Shown: positions 20,022 to 31,340 of the stretch, piece by piece | Layout of the letters: every line of letters starts with the position of its first letter | How positions within the stretch are numbered: position 1 is the first letter of the stretch | Source of the DNA: an uncultured Spirochaetales bacterium | Lineage (GTDB): Bacteria > Spirochaetota > Spirochaetia > CAZAKE01 | Length of the DNA stretch: 54,802 nucleotides | Assembly (NCBI GenBank): GCA_964485495.1 | Contig: CAZAKE010000005.1 | Coordinates: 8,798-63,599, forward strand | Reading direction: 5' to 3' | Position numbers and translations under genes: made by a program | The notes under the pieces: generated by a model | What the model was told of the DNA's origin: nothing | What the model saw: only the letters and a program-made list of their open reading frames with translations | Database searches by the model: none

Positions 20022-20459
20022 TCAGCCTTCGGTTTCGGATTCTTCCCGGTCCTGCGCTTCGTCTTCTTCCGCTATCTCTTTTTGCTCTTGCTCTTGTTCT
20101 CGTTTCTTCGATGAGCCTTTTGGCTTCTGCTCAGTCTTGTCCAGTACCGCGGAGATTGCACTCTTGGAAAACTCCATCTTCGTGTGATCGTCCACCTTGA
20201 TGACGACCACCTCATCCTTCACAGACTGGATGGTGCCGCGAATCCCCCCGATAGTCGCCACTCTATCGCCCTTCTTGACGGCTTCGAGCATCTTGCGTGT
20301 TTCTTTCTGCTTCTTGTTCTGCGGGCGAATGATCAGGAAATAGAAAATGAGAATGACGAGACCGAAGGTGACGAAGGTCGTCATCAACTGACCGGAAGCG
20401 CCCCCCTGTGCGGCCTGCAGCAGCGGGAGGGAACGCAATGACTGTATGAAAAGGTCCAT
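20022..20459 (-). CDS. yajC: preprotein translocase subunit YajC with acidic C-terminal extension
   Basis: TTFVTFGLVILIFYFLIIRPQNKKQKE...KKGDRVATIGGIRGTI..V is the canonical YajC core. Lies upstream of secDF on the same strand. Confidence 0.85.
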   Translation of the reverse strand: MDLFIQSLRSLPLLQAAQGGASGQLMTTFVTFGLVILIFYFLIIRPQNKKQKETRKMLEAVKKGDRVATIGGIRGTIQSVKDEVVVIKVDDHTKMEFSKSAISAVLDKTEQKPKGSSKKREQEQEQKEIAEEDEAQDREESETEG

Positions 20460-20631
20460 AGAATTGTAACTTCCCCGTTATATAAAGATGACAATGAAAC
20501 TATCACGGATACCATCCGGAGTCAAGGTAATCGTTTTTCCAAACCGTCCGGCATACCCACATACCTACTGCGTGTATATGCCGATCATACACTCACGGCG
20601 ATGCCGTATCGCCCGTGTCATGGTCTGCTTC

Positions 20632-20925
20632 TTAGATATAATTGATCTTGGTGATGTTTTCCGGAACCCGATATACTCCGAGTAACCTCATGACCTCTTC
20701 GACGGAACCATATGTGCGTTCACCGGAACTGTTCAGCGCACTCACGACCCTCTCGAGATCTTCGCGGTGATCATCGAACAGGGCCCCGCAGAAGGCCGGC
20801 TTATAGAGACCCGCCTCGATGAGCTCCTGCGTCGACTTCGAACCGAATTCGCTTCTCGCCTTCTTGTCCACCAGCGCGGTTTCACCCTGATACCCGACCG
20901 TGAACATGAAATCGTCACGTTTCAT
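20632..20925 (-). CDS. small hypothetical protein (97 aa)
   Basis: MKRDDFMFTVGYQGETALVDKK... with GGGAG SD-like sequence 3 nt upstream. The longer ORF-track version (to 21309) overlaps groEL and was rejected. Confidence 0.45.
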   Translation of the reverse strand: MKRDDFMFTVGYQGETALVDKKARSEFGSKSTQELIEAGLYKPAFCGALFDDHREDLERVVSALNSSGERTYGSVEEVMRLLGVYRVPENITKINYI

Positions 20926-21098
20926 CACATCTCTCCCTACACTCCGGCACCGACCAACGGCACGGTCACACGAAACAATGTGCCATCCTACATACAAAAG
21001 CCCCTCGTCCCCCGCTTTCCCGGAGGCCCCGAGGGGCTTGTACCACGGTGAACGGCGGCAATTCCGAATGGAATTCACCGCCGCCAAGGGGCGCTTGA

Positions 21099-22787
<1,689 letters not shown>

Positions 22788-22996
22788 TTAAAGTGTTGCA
22801 CGTGTTTAGGTATGGAAGATATTTCGAGTTTAAAATACAAATACTTCCATTCAGGATCAATAAAAAAATGAACTTTTTTCATCCTATCCATGGTGCGGAA
22901 CCGCTGAGGATGCTCCGTCAATCGCCCCATGCTGAAAATAGAGATACTGTTTTATTTAGATACTTTCGTGTTTTTAAGAAAATGGCATCATTCGAC

Positions 22997-23024
22997 TTGA
23001 CTTTCTCGAACGGCATGATACAAT
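22997..23024 (+). promoter_or_regulatory. candidate sigma70-type promoter TTGACT-N16-TACAAT oriented towards the PAS-GGDEF-EAL gene
   Basis: Direct read in the AT-rich groEL / GGDEF-EAL intergenic region. Implies a long (~280 nt) 5'UTR. Confidence 0.3.
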
Positions 23025-23311
23025 GTCGATAGTTCCGGTGAGAATACCGGTCGAAATAAAACGTCTATAGTCAGAAAGAAGATCTGCTGCACACCGTGGG
23101 GTGCCGACCATGTATCGACATGCTCTATCTACAAGATCCGATGCGCGATTCACGCTGCTGCGCCACCGTGGAGCCGAGTTCCACTATGCAACCGTCTCTA
23201 CTCCTGAGACTCCCGAAATTTCGCATCGCCCCATGACCGAGTACTTCACCGGTTGAGTTCCGAAGATTGAGGAGACCATTCGGCCTGTAGCAGATTTTCG
23301 GAGGTTCGCAC

Positions 23312-25237
23312 ATGAGCGACTTCGGAAGCGCGAATGAAAAGTGTACCGTCAGTGATTGCCCCTACCGGAAAGTCGTGGAGGATTTGGAAGAGCGGTGTGA
23401 GCGGATGCGCCATACTATCCGCACGATCCACGATAGGGTCTCTCCGATGGGTCACGACCTGCAGCACAACATCGACAGCTATCAGTCCCTGGCCGAGACG
23501 TCGACTGACGCGATCCTGCAGATAAACCAGGAGATGCAGATCACCTTCGTCAATTCGGCGGCCGAGCGCATGTTCAACTACAAACGGCAGGAGCTGATCG
23601 GCGAGACATTCAGCACCATATTTCCCTCGGCGGTCTATCAACGCTATCACACCCTGTTCGCCAAGTACTTCGTCATCGACGAACAACACCGGGACATGAG
23701 CGGCATGCAGAACACCATCGAGGTACTCGGGATCACCAGAGATTCCAACGTCTTCCCCATGGAGATCTCATTCGGAAACTCGAAGACGGTGCAACGGAAT
23801 CCGCGGGTCACCTGTATCCTGCGGGATATCACTCAGCGGAAGATTATCGAACGAAAACTACGGTATTTGGCGTATCACGACCGGCTCACCGACCTGGGTA
23901 ACCGGGACCTGTTCTTCGAATCCATCGAGGAGACCATCAAACGGGTGAAACGGGACGGCGGCAGGAAATCCGCGGTGATGTTCCTGGACCTCGACGGGTT
24001 CAAGTCGGTGAACGATACCCTCGGACACGCCATGGGAGACCGGGTGCTGCAGGAGTGTTCCAGACGGCTCGAGGGCTGCCTGCGCGAAAGCGATCATATC
24101 TTCCGGTTCGACGACCGGATGAACATGCCCGACAATATCAACGAGGACCTCTTCCGTTTCGGCGGAGACGAGTTCGTGGTGCTCCTCCCCTATATCAAGA
24201 AGCCGTCGGACGCCGCCACGGTGGCTCGCAAGATAATCAAGGCGATCCGCCAGCCCTTCATCGTATCGGAGGAGGCGGATTCTCGGAATATCAAGATCGG
24301 CGTGAGTATCGGAATAGCGGTGACTCCGGAGGACGGAATGACCGCCCGAAAGCTCATCACCAGCGCAGACGTCGCCATGTACAAGGCCAAGGAGGTGGGC
24401 AACCACTACGTCTTCTTCAACAAGACGATGAACCGCCGGATGATGGCGAAGCTCCAATTCGAACAGAGCCTCTCCGACGCGATGCTCGAGGAAGCCCTTC
24501 GTCTCCACTTCCAACCGATCATCGACGAGCGGGGCCGGGCGGTAGGCGCCGAGGCCCTCCTGCGATGGTTCCCAGAAGATTCGGAAGAGATATCCCCGGA
24601 AATTTTCATCCCCTTCGCGGAGGAGACCGGTCTGATCGTAGACATCGGCGACTGGGTACTGGAACGGGCCTGCCGCAGCCTCGGCGACTGGGAACGAAAC
24701 GGGCTGAAGGATTTTTTCGTCTCGGTCAATATCTCGCCGAAGCAGTTTCGCTCGCACGACTTCGTCGAGCGGATCTGCTCCACCATCAATCGGGTGGGTA
24801 TCAACCCGGGAAAGTTGAAACTCGAGGTCACGGAAGGCAGCATCATGGATGATCCGGTCGATGCCATTCGTAAGATGGAACTGATAAAGGAGATGAATCC
24901 GGGGCTTCGCTTCGCCATCGACGATTTCGGCACCGGATACTCCTCGCTGAGCCATCTATCGAATTTTCCGGCGGACATTCTCAAGATCGACAAGTCCTTC
25001 GTCATGTCAATAGACCGACGCAACAATGCAAAGATCGTGAAAACGATCATCGACCTGGCGGACAGTCTGGGACTGGGCGTCGTGGCCGAGGGCGTGGAGA
25101 CGAACGAGCAGGCCCAATTCCTCCTCAGGCGGGGATGCAGGTTTTTGCAGGGATTTCTCTTCTCGGAACCGGTCCCCCACGACGCGGTACCCGAGTTCGC
25201 CAAGAATACCTCGGGGCTCCTCTGTTCGGTGCCATAA
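23312..25237 (+). CDS. PAS-GGDEF-EAL protein (diguanylate cyclase/phosphodiesterase)
   Basis: PAS (ETSTDAILQIN...). GGDEF with RFGGDEF. EAL with EALLRW, DDFGTGYSSL, conserved EGVE/QG motifs. Confidence 0.9.
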   Translation: MSDFGSANEKCTVSDCPYRKVVEDLEERCERMRHTIRTIHDRVSPMGHDLQHNIDSYQSLAETSTDAILQINQEMQITFVNSAAERMFNYKRQELIGETFSTIFPSAVYQRYHTLFAKYFVIDEQHRDMSGMQNTIEVLGITRDSNVFPMEISFGNSKTVQRNPRVTCILRDITQRKIIERKLRYLAYHDRLTDLGNRDLFFESIEETIKRVKRDGGRKSAVMFLDLDGFKSVNDTLGHAMGDRVLQECSRRLEGCLRESDHIFRFDDRMNMPDNINEDLFRFGGDEFVVLLPYIKKPSDAATVARKIIKAIRQPFIVSEEADSRNIKIGVSIGIAVTPEDGMTARKLITSADVAMYKAKEVGNHYVFFNKTMNRRMMAKLQFEQSLSDAMLEEALRLHFQPIIDERGRAVGAEALLRWFPEDSEEISPEIFIPFAEETGLIVDIGDWVLERACRSLGDWERNGLKDFFVSVNISPKQFRSHDFVERICSTINRVGINPGKLKLEVTEGSIMDDPVDAIRKMELIKEMNPGLRFAIDDFGTGYSSLSHLSNFPADILKIDKSFVMSIDRRNNAKIVKTIIDLADSLGLGVVAEGVETNEQAQFLLRRGCRFLQGFLFSEPVPHDAVPEFAKNTSGLLCSVP

Positions 25238-25258
25238 CACTACGGACCCGAACTATCC

Positions 25259-26050
25259 TTAATACGCACCGACGAGTTCTCCGCTATAGACCCTACGTAC
25301 CCCGTCACTCGTCCGAAGGAGCAACTCTCCCTCCGGTCCGACCCCTTCGAGCAGACCGAGTATATCCTCACCCCTATCAGGCGAGCCCACGCGCACCCGG
25401 ACCTCCTCACCCGCCCGAAAGAGGCGTCGTGATACTTCGGAACGCCACGCCGCCTCTTGGAGGGCCCGCCGGAGGTGCGGCAGTAGCGATTCCAGGACCC
25501 GCACCGGCGACGGGGACGATCCCAGCTCAATGAAGAGAGAGGTGGCCTTGCCGGCAAGCTCCTGTGAGAACTCCCGTTGCCTGCAGTTCACGCCGATACC
25601 CGCCAGGAGCCTCGCTCCCCGAGCCTCGCAGAGGATACCCGAAATCTTCCGTCCGCCGCATAGGATATCGTTCGGCCACTTGATTACCACCGCGAGCCCG
25701 TACTCCTCCTCGAAGGCACGAGCCAGTCCCAGGCCGACGAGGAGCGGCAACGGCGCCCCGGAAGCCGGATCGGAGGGGTGTGACGGCACGAGGCACGTAC
25801 AGAGCAGGGCGGTGTCCACGGGACTCACCCACGTGCGGCCGGGAATCCGGCCCCGCCCCGCCGACTGAAACCCCGCGACGATCACCGTCCCCGGCGGAAA
25901 CCCCTCCTCCGCCAGTCTCACGGCCTCGTCCATGGTGGATTCCACCGTCCGACGGTAGAGCACCGGCGCGGAAAACGGATTCGGTATCTCGAGATATTCG
26001 TACTCGGTATCACTGAAACGGTGCTGATACCCGTTCATCGCTCTATTCAT
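25259..26050 (-). CDS. birA: biotin--[acetyl-CoA-carboxylase] ligase (BirA, class I without HTH)
   Basis: VIVAGFQSAGRGRIPGRTWVSP (GRGRxGRxW motif). KWPNDILCGGRKISGIL. Start taken at MNRAMNG (26050); the ORF track extends to 26092. Confidence 0.8.
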   Translation of the reverse strand: MNRAMNGYQHRFSDTEYEYLEIPNPFSAPVLYRRTVESTMDEAVRLAEEGFPPGTVIVAGFQSAGRGRIPGRTWVSPVDTALLCTCLVPSHPSDPASGAPLPLLVGLGLARAFEEEYGLAVVIKWPNDILCGGRKISGILCEARGARLLAGIGVNCRQREFSQELAGKATSLFIELGSSPSPVRVLESLLPHLRRALQEAAWRSEVSRRLFRAGEEVRVRVGSPDRGEDILGLLEGVGPEGELLLRTSDGVRRVYSGELVGAY

Positions 26051-26069
26051 ATCATACTGCGAACCGCTG

Positions 26070-26639
26070 TCAATACATATCTCCGAACACAATACGCCCG
26101 CCGATGGTCGGTCCCCAGGTCAGGAAGGACTGAAACGGAGTACCCGGGAGCAGGTTTCCGGAGACCTGATACCCGATATACAGAACGGGCATCATCCATT
26201 TGACGAAGGGGAAGCCGATCTCGAGGTCGATCTCTTCGAAGAAGCTGAGGTACCCCCCGCTGTCGAACAGATAGGAGTCGCCGCCGTAGGCGACACCGCC
26301 GACCCCGGTCCAACTGGTGATGGAGATCTGTATCGGCCGGGGCAGGATACGAATGCCGGTTACTATTCCACCGAAGGCCCCGCGGATCCCGGCAGGATTC
26401 TCCGAATCTCTGAAGGCCATGCCGAAACCGCCGCTGATCACGTAATTCCTGGACACACCGTACCCGTACGCGCCCAAGTTCACCATCTTGTCTCCCGCGG
26501 AGGCACGCCTGAAGGGCGCCGACATCCCGGGCAGCTTGTCGAGTTGATAACCGAAGAAGAACCCGCCGCCGCCGTCCGCAAAGGCCGAAACCGCTGCGAA
26601 GCAGGCAACCACGACGATCAAATATGCTTTCCTTTTCAT
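26070..26639 (-). CDS. small outer-membrane beta-barrel protein (OmpA-like transmembrane domain / OmpW-like) with signal peptide
   Basis: MKRKAYLIVVVACFAAVSAFA signal. Alternating Gly/aromatic beta-strand pattern. C-terminal ...RIVFGDMY. Confidence 0.6.
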   Translation of the reverse strand: MKRKAYLIVVVACFAAVSAFADGGGGFFFGYQLDKLPGMSAPFRRASAGDKMVNLGAYGYGVSRNYVISGGFGMAFRDSENPAGIRGAFGGIVTGIRILPRPIQISITSWTGVGGVAYGGDSYLFDSGGYLSFFEEIDLEIGFPFVKWMMPVLYIGYQVSGNLLPGTPFQSFLTWGPTIGGRIVFGDMY

Positions 26640-26957
26640 GTCGATCTCCTTATACTCTTCTTAGTGCCTTAGTGCTCTCAATGTACACTCAATGTACGAT
26701 CAATCGATATACAATATACTCAGTCTTGTGAACGAATTCCGACGCCGCGTCCGCGTCGGAGTGGACACTTGGTGATTCGATCTATCACACTATAACACTT
26801 CGTCACCCCGGAAGTGTCACCGGAAATTCCCGCACTCCGAGAGCTATTTCCGGAAAAAACACACGCCTCTCGGTGACAGGAATGATGAGAGTCGGTGTTA
26901 CACATGATGAGCGGCTCAGATCACAGCGGGTGCGACGCGGGGATCTTCAGAGGAAAC

Positions 26958-27437
26958 ATGGCAGTCGACGTTGAAGAATTCTACAGAAAATACGGGCCAA
27001 TGGTCCTCAGGCGTTGTCGCGCCCTCCTGCGGGACGAGGAGAAGGCGTTGGATGCGATGCAGGATGTGTTCGTACAGATCCTGAGGAAACAGGATCTACT
27101 TCACGACCGGGCCCCATCGAGCCTCCTGTATACCACCGCGACCAATGTCTGCCTGAACATCATGCGGAGCGATCGGCGTAAACCGGCGACATCTCAAGAG
27201 GAGCTGCTGTTCGAGATAGCCGGTAAGGACGACCCCGAACGACGGGTCCTGACCGGTCACTTCCTGGATAGAATCTTCGGGGCGGAGAAGGAGAGCACCA
27301 GAACCATCGCGGTTCTCCATTATGTGGACGGATTGACCTTGGAGGAGACCGCCAAGTGCGTGGGACTCTCGGTGTCCGGCGTCAGGAAACGGCTCCGGGG
27401 GCTTCGGAAACGGAGCCTTGCTCTCAAGGAGGTATGA
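26958..27437 (+). CDS. ECF-subfamily RNA polymerase sigma-70 factor
   Basis: Region 2 (DAMQDVFVQILRK) and region 4 HTH (LTLEETAKCVGLSVSGVRKRL). GAGGAAA SD before ATG 26958. The ORF-track start 26895 is also possible. Confidence 0.85.
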   Translation: MAVDVEEFYRKYGPMVLRRCRALLRDEEKALDAMQDVFVQILRKQDLLHDRAPSSLLYTTATNVCLNIMRSDRRKPATSQEELLFEIAGKDDPERRVLTGHFLDRIFGAEKESTRTIAVLHYVDGLTLEETAKCVGLSVSGVRKRLRGLRKRSLALKEV

Positions 27438-28264
27438 CGATGGGTAGAGACCAGATACCCGACTATGACTGGGAACGGTTGTCCCTGGATGAGTTGCCCG
27501 ACGGGCGGCTCGAAGAGATCCGGCGGCATCCCGAATTCGATACACAACGATCCGCGGCCATGTCCCGGATCCGGCAATCCGATGCCGAACTGCTCGAACG
27601 CTACCCGGCTGATGTGATGGCCACCCGGATCAGGGAACGAATGCAGGTCGAAGAGGTGCGAAACGAAGGGACGCCGGCCTCGGGGGGAAGCATCCTCCGG
27701 ACGGTGGTGGGAAATCCCCGCCTCGCGGCGGGCGTGGCGGCCCTGCTGCTGATTGCCGTCGGAATCATGCCCCTGATGTGGCTGAATACCCCGGTCACGC
27801 CGGAGCGGCAGCCGGAGAGCACCCGCATCAAGGGGCTGAAACCGGATATCCGTATCTATCGCGAGCAGGGCGGAGATCCGGAACTCCTGCATGAGAATGA
27901 CCTGGTGAGAGAGAACGACCTCCTGCAGATCGGCTATGTCTCGGGAGGATGGAAACACGGCGCCATCTTCTCCATCGACGGAAACGGTGCGGTGACCCTG
28001 CACTACCCGGCCGATATCTTCTCTACGACACACTTGTCTCCGGAGGGAGAGATCAAACTCCCCTACTCCTATCAACTCGATAGCGCACCGGAGTTCGAAC
28101 GGTTCTTTTTTGTGCTCTCGGACAAGGAATTCTCCGTGAACGAGATACTATTATACGCGGAGGAGTTGGTCGAATCACGCAGCGTGCGCTCTATCCGCTC
28201 CTTGAGTCTGCCCCGAGGGTACGAGCAGGCTTCTATCGTCTTGAAGAAGGGGGCGTCGGAGTGA
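27434..28264 (+). CDS. transmembrane anti-sigma factor (cognate to upstream ECF sigma)
   Basis: ATGA overlap with the sigma stop. Cytoplasmic N-terminal anti-sigma segment. Single TM LAAGVAALLLIAVGIMPLMW. Periplasmic C-terminal domain. Confidence 0.75.
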   Translation: MTMGRDQIPDYDWERLSLDELPDGRLEEIRRHPEFDTQRSAAMSRIRQSDAELLERYPADVMATRIRERMQVEEVRNEGTPASGGSILRTVVGNPRLAAGVAALLLIAVGIMPLMWLNTPVTPERQPESTRIKGLKPDIRIYREQGGDPELLHENDLVRENDLLQIGYVSGGWKHGAIFSIDGNGAVTLHYPADIFSTTHLSPEGEIKLPYSYQLDSAPEFERFFFVLSDKEFSVNEILLYAEELVESRSVRSIRSLSLPRGYEQASIVLKKGASE

Positions 28265-28284
28265 ACCACCCAACGAACGGGAAA

Positions 28285-30927
28285 ATGAAGTATTTGGGAA
28301 TTTGGGGATCGAAGATCCTCTTCACGGCCTGTTTCATACTACTCACGCTGCTCACGACCACCGGACTTTCCGCCGCGACGCCGGATTCCGCCCTAAGACG
28401 ATTCGCCCTGTTCGTCGGCGCCAACGACGGCGGTGACGACAGGGTGCGCTTGCTCTACGCCGGTACCGACGCCGAGTCGATGCAGGCGGTCCTGTCCGAG
28501 ATGGGAGGACTCGAGCGGAACGATATGCTGCTGCTCGAGGATCCGGATCTTTCCACCTTCGAACAGAGTTTCGAGGACCTTCGGACGCGAATCCTGACGG
28601 CGAAAGACAACTCCCGCAGGATAGAGTTCATTCTCTACTACTCGGGACACTCCGACGAGAACGGACTCATGCTCGGTGGGGAGTTGTTTCCCTACAAGGC
28701 ACTGCGCGAACGAATCAACGAGATGAACGCGGACGTCAACATCGCGATCCTCGATTCGTGCTCCTCCGGGTCATTCACCCGCCTCAAGGGCGGCCGGCGC
28801 AGAGCGCCTTTCATGATCGACGAATCGGTGAAGACTCAAGGATACGCGTTTCTCACCTCCAGCTCGGAGAACGAGGCGGCACAGGAGTCGGACGCGATCC
28901 AGAGCTCCTTCTTCACCCACTACCTCATCTCCGCCCTGCGAGGCGCCGCTGACGCCACCCAGGACGGGAAGATCACGTTGATGGAGGCGTACACCTACGC
29001 CTCGGAGGAGACGCTGGCCCGGACCGAGAATACCCAGGCCGGGGCGCAGCACCCCTCCTACGACATTAAACTCACCGGCTCGGGAGACCTGGTCCTCACC
29101 GACCTCAGGTCTCCCTCCGCCGGCATGGTGATCGACAAGGATATCGTCGGGAGGCTCTTCATCCGAAACAAGGCCGGGAGGCTGATGGCTGAGATCCGAA
29201 AGCTCGAAGGCATTCCGATGATCGTGGCGTTGCCTCCGGGGATGTATACGGTCACCTTAGAGGATGAGGAGATGATGAGCGAAGCCGGAATCACCCTCAC
29301 CGGCACCCGGATGGTGAGGGTCTCTCAGTCGGACTTCTTCGAGAAGGTTCGGGAGTTCGCGGTGGCACGGGGCGATGTCGAGGAGAGAGAAGACGAAGTA
29401 GCGGAGATCGCCGAGGAGTCGGATCCCGTTGCAGGAGACGCTCCGGCGGCCGGAGGGGCCGCGAAGCGGGCCGCGGAGGCCGCACAACGGGCCCTATCAC
29501 GATTGGACGAGGAGTTGAAGGCGGCGGAGGATGGTGCGGAGATGAAGGCCGAGGCCGCGGCGAGTGCAGGGGTATCCGCCGCAGGCGACGCCGACGCAAC
29601 GACAGGCAGACAGGTCGGAGAGAAACCGGCGCGAGCAGAGAAACCGGATGCTTCGAGTCCCAATCGGCAGGCGAGACCTTCGGTTTCCACGGACCCGGTG
29701 GAGGGGGGGATATCCAGGAGGGTGTTGAGCTTCCAGTTCGTACCGGGCCTTCCATTCAACAACTCCCGTCACATCGTGACCGCCTTCGGCCTCAATTTCC
29801 TCGGTCGCTCCTACAGGATCGAAGGCGCCGAAATCGGGTTCATGAATATCGTCATCGAAGATGTCCGCGGATTCCAGGGGGGAGTACTCTTCAACCTGGT
29901 AGGCGGCGGCGTGTACGGCGGGCAGGCGGCCTCGCTGTTCAACATCGCCCACAGCTCCAAGGCGGCCCAGGTGGCCGGCCTCTTCAACATCTCCAACGAG
30001 AGCACCTCCGTACTGCAGGCGGCGGGTGTATTCAACCTGGCCTCACGGGGTGGAATGATCGGCGCGCAGGCGGCGGGGATATTCAACATCACCGGCGGTA
30101 CGGTCCGAGGGGTTCAGACGGCAGGCGTGTTCAACATCAACAACGGAGGGACACTGGGGCTGCAGGGAGCCGGGGTGTTCAACATCGCCGACGATACTGT
30201 CGGAGGTCAGATATCCGGAATCTTCAACATCGCCGGCGGCGGCATGACCGGTATCCAGGGAGCCTCAGTCTTCAACTCGGCCAGAGACGCAAAGGGCATC
30301 CAAATGAGTCTGGTGAACATCTCCGCCAACGTGGCCGGGGCTCAGGTGGGACTCATCAACATCGCCAAGAACGTCAAGGGAACTCAGATCGGGCTCATCA
30401 ATATCAACCGGGACATGAAGGGTGTTCCTATCGGCATCATCAACATATCCAAGAGCGGCATCTTCAACTTCGGTTCCTGGTACGATGAACGGGGACTCAT
30501 CTACATGGGCCTTCAGTTCGGTTCGAAGTATCTCTTTACCACGGTGTACGCCGGAATGCCGTATGAGGATCCACTCCAGACCATCGCGGCCGGAGTCGGC
30601 GGCGGTGTTCACGTACCCATCGGTCCCTTCTTCGCCGAACTCGAGGCATCGGTCCAGGAGGTCGCCCAGGGCACGATATTCAAGGAAACCTTCGTACATG
30701 TCTTCACCCCGCAGATGAACAAGGCGGTCTATCCGGTGGCCAAGGTAACCGGCGGGATCACCCTCTTCGGAAGCTTGTCGATATTCGGCGGCCTGGTGAT
30801 GGACATCCACGTGCCGGGTTACACGGTCAAGAGCGGACTGGACTATCCGAGAGATCCGTGGGTGCTCAACTTCCCGTCCCGCGACGTGGAGCTGCACCCG
30901 AGATGGTTCGCGGGGCTCAGGTTCTAA
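28285..30927 (+). CDS. secreted caspase-domain (peptidase C14, orthocaspase-like) protein with Ala/Glu-rich linker and ~13 C-terminal '[VIL]FNI-x(3-6)-G-x-Q-x-AG' tandem repeats plus beta-rich C-terminal domain
   Basis: Signal/TM ILFTACFILLTLLTTTGLSA. Caspase His/Cys dyad motifs LYYSGHSDENG and ILDSCSSGS. Repeats read directly (GVFNI..., 29881-30480). 4-nt overlap (GTGA) with the anti-sigma stop; start taken at ATG 28285. Confidence 0.8.
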   Translation: MKYLGIWGSKILFTACFILLTLLTTTGLSAATPDSALRRFALFVGANDGGDDRVRLLYAGTDAESMQAVLSEMGGLERNDMLLLEDPDLSTFEQSFEDLRTRILTAKDNSRRIEFILYYSGHSDENGLMLGGELFPYKALRERINEMNADVNIAILDSCSSGSFTRLKGGRRRAPFMIDESVKTQGYAFLTSSSENEAAQESDAIQSSFFTHYLISALRGAADATQDGKITLMEAYTYASEETLARTENTQAGAQHPSYDIKLTGSGDLVLTDLRSPSAGMVIDKDIVGRLFIRNKAGRLMAEIRKLEGIPMIVALPPGMYTVTLEDEEMMSEAGITLTGTRMVRVSQSDFFEKVREFAVARGDVEEREDEVAEIAEESDPVAGDAPAAGGAAKRAAEAAQRALSRLDEELKAAEDGAEMKAEAAASAGVSAAGDADATTGRQVGEKPARAEKPDASSPNRQARPSVSTDPVEGGISRRVLSFQFVPGLPFNNSRHIVTAFGLNFLGRSYRIEGAEIGFMNIVIEDVRGFQGGVLFNLVGGGVYGGQAASLFNIAHSSKAAQVAGLFNISNESTSVLQAAGVFNLASRGGMIGAQAAGIFNITGGTVRGVQTAGVFNINNGGTLGLQGAGVFNIADDTVGGQISGIFNIAGGGMTGIQGASVFNSARDAKGIQMSLVNISANVAGAQVGLINIAKNVKGTQIGLININRDMKGVPIGIINISKSGIFNFGSWYDERGLIYMGLQFGSKYLFTTVYAGMPYEDPLQTIAAGVGGGVHVPIGPFFAELEASVQEVAQGTIFKETFVHVFTPQMNKAVYPVAKVTGGITLFGSLSIFGGLVMDIHVPGYTVKSGLDYPRDPWVLNFPSRDVELHPRWFAGLRF
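29881..30480 (+). repeat. in-frame tandem repeat region (~45-51 nt units) encoding the FNI/GxQxAG repeats
   Basis: Repeated ...gtgttcaacatc...ggcgcgcaggcggcgggg... units read directly. Protein repeats LFNIAHS../LFNISNE../VFNLASR../IFNITGG../VFNINNG../VFNIADD../IFNIAGG../VFNSARD../LVNISAN../LINIAKN../LININRD../IINISKS. Confidence 0.85.
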
Positions 30928-30933
30928 GAATCG

Positions 30934-30963
30934 ACGCGGAAATTTCGCATTCGCCGTTTTTTT
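30934..30963 (+). terminator. rho-independent terminator after the sigma/anti-sigma/caspase operon
   Basis: GCGGAAATTTCGC imperfect palindromic stem followed by attcgccgTTTTTTT. Confidence 0.5.
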
Positions 30964-30995
30964 AGCTATATTGTAGCTACGATACGGAGGATTGG

Positions 30996-31325
30996 ATGTC
31001 CATCTACAGGTTGCACTTCAAGTGGAAAGACAAGGAATACACGCTCAAGGCCAAGAGCCTCGATATGACCCACCCGTATTTCGTTTCGATCAAGGGGCTC
31101 ATATTCCCCAAGGGAAAGAAGCTCATCATCGATCCGTCCGACGACGAACTTCGCCGGCAGTTCGGCAAATCCGAGCACATCATGCTGCCGTTTCAGACCG
31201 TCTCGCTCATCGAGGAGTTCGAGGAGGATCCCGACGAGACGGATGAGGGCAAGGTGATGCAGTTTCCGACCATCGAAGAGCATTTCGATGGTGAGGAGGA
31301 GGATACCTCATCTTCGGATACATAG
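30996..31325 (+). CDS. small acidic hypothetical protein (109 aa)
   Basis: GGAGG SD 6 nt upstream of ATG. MSIYRLHFKWKDKEYTLKAKSLDMTHPYFVSIKGLIF...acidic tail. Confidence 0.55.
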   Translation: MSIYRLHFKWKDKEYTLKAKSLDMTHPYFVSIKGLIFPKGKKLIIDPSDDELRRQFGKSEHIMLPFQTVSLIEEFEEDPDETDEGKVMQFPTIEEHFDGEEEDTSSSDT

Positions 31326-31340
31326 CCGGATGCCTCGCCC

